Part shown: positions 34,145-35,083 of the stretch, one piece after another
Layout: each line of letters begins with the position of its first letter
Numbering within the stretch: position 1 is the stretch's first letter
Origin: an uncultured archaeon
Lineage (GTDB): Archaea; Altiarchaeota; Altiarchaeia; IMC4; SCGC-AAA252-I15
Assembly: GCA_964587725.1 (NCBI GenBank)
Contig: CAZPLO010000007.1
Span: forward strand, 1-35,083
Direction: 5' to 3'
DNA: 35,083 nt
Translations under genes and position numbers: made by a program
Notes under the pieces: generated by a model
Told to the model about the DNA's origin: nothing
The model's database searches: none
Seen by the model: the letters and a program-made list of their open reading frames with translations, nothing else

Positions 34145-35010
34145 AGCAGCTGACCGTCGTAAGCGGGAAGGGCGGCACGGGGAAGACCAGCATCGTCGGC
34201 GGATTCGCGTCATTGGCGGAAGACAAGGTGCTGGCGGACTGCGACGTCGACGCATCAAACCTCCACCTGCTCCTGCACCCCAGCGTAAAGTCGCGCGAAG
34301 ACTTCAATGCCATGCAGACTGCGTCCATAGACCGTGCGAAGTGTGTGGAGTGCGGTCTGTGCGCGCGGCACTGCAGGTTCAACGCCATAAAGGATTGCAT
34401 AATAGACCCGCTGCTGTGCGAGGGCTGCGGCGTCTGCGGGCTCGTATGCCCCCACGGTGCCGTGGTGATGGAGGACGTGGTGGCGGGCGAGTTATTCGTC
34501 TCCGACACACGCTGCGGGACGATGGTTCACGCTAGACTGGGGCCGGGACAGGACGCGTCCGGCAAGCTGGTTACCGCGGTTAAGGAACGGGCGGTCAAAC
34601 TGGCCGAACGGGAGGGTTCAGAGCTCGTGCTGGTGGATGGGTCCCCCGGCATAGGGTGTCCGGTGATAGCGTCTATCGGGGGCGCGGATTTGGCGCTGGC
34701 TGTGACGGAGCCGACGGTGTCCGGCATACACGACCTCAAACGCGTGCTGGATGTGGCGGACCACTTCAAGATAGATGCGGTGGTGTGCGTGAACAAACAC
34801 GACCTCAACCCCCGCAGGACGGAGGAGATAGTGGATTACTGCGGCGGCAGGGGCGTGGAAGTCGTCGGGAGAATACCCTACGACAAGTCGTTCACGGACG
34901 CGATGGTGGATGGGAAGACGATTGCCGAATACGGCGGAACCGCAGCCGACGATGTTGCGGCGGTGTGGACGCGGATTAAAAAACGCCTGGGGGTAAATGA
35001 CTTAGGATGA
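34141..35010 (+). CDS. Second MinD-superfamily P-loop ATPase with ferredoxin insert
   Basis: SGKGGTGKTS, DCDVDASN, CVECGLCARHC, CEGCGVCGLVCP, SGKLV, DGSPGIGCPVIAS, EPTVSGIHDL. Confidence 0.93.
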   Translation: MKQLTVVSGKGGTGKTSIVGGFASLAEDKVLADCDVDASNLHLLLHPSVKSREDFNAMQTASIDRAKCVECGLCARHCRFNAIKDCIIDPLLCEGCGVCGLVCPHGAVVMEDVVAGELFVSDTRCGTMVHARLGPGQDASGKLVTAVKERAVKLAEREGSELVLVDGSPGIGCPVIASIGGADLALAVTEPTVSGIHDLKRVLDVADHFKIDAVVCVNKHDLNPRRTEEIVDYCGGRGVEVVGRIPYDKSFTDAMVDGKTIAEYGGTAADDVAAVWTRIKKRLGVNDLG

Positions 35011-35083
35011 GGTTAGCTGCCATTGCGTTGGTCTTGTTGGTCGCGGGGTGCGTGGGAGTCGAGGAGGCGACGACAACGACTTC
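35007..35083 (+). CDS. Predicted lipoprotein with Thr-rich linker (3'-partial)
   Basis: MRLAAIALVLLVAGCVGVEEATTTT: lipobox LVAGC; ATGA overlap with the upstream stop. Confidence 0.7.
   Translation, partial: MRLAAIALVLLVAGCVGVEEATTTT

Overview
GC-rich archaeal chromosomal segment. AMP phosphorylase, Trm1, NurA, DUF835, archaeal GatC, TATA-box promoters and Thr-rich secreted proteins suggest an anaerobic lineage, possibly Altiarchaeota/DPANN (inference). Left 7.5 kb: two tandem paralogous giant membrane proteins with a VirB6/TrbL/CedA-like polytopic N-terminal core and long, unrelated, modular C-terminal tails. The first is truncated by the window edge. 7.5-19 kb: mixed housekeeping and regulatory genes (AMP phosphorylase, NurA-like, DUF835, HAD, trm1, ubiX, HxlR with ferritin-like, ArsR, gatC, degenerate HypA, NTPase, ATP-NAD kinase family, Pol-beta nucleotidyltransferase, KaiC/RAD55). 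19-27.4 kb: stand-alone trpB2 plus a complete trpEGDCFBA operon on the minus strand. A 131-bp insert replaces the 3' end of trpE with a synonymously recoded copy and leaves the old end stranded in front of trpG. 27.6-35 kb: a divergent, tightly coupled metal/Fe-S cofactor operon resembling the 'orange protein' (orp) clusters: DUF134, Mrp/ApbC, DUF5320-like, J-domain, EncFtn-like, 2x NifB/NifX, CMD, methyltransferase, DUF89, radical SAM and 2x MinD-like 4Fe-4S ATPases. I recognised no rRNA, tRNA, CRISPR array, transposase or integrase. All family calls come from motif recognition by eye; no searches were run.
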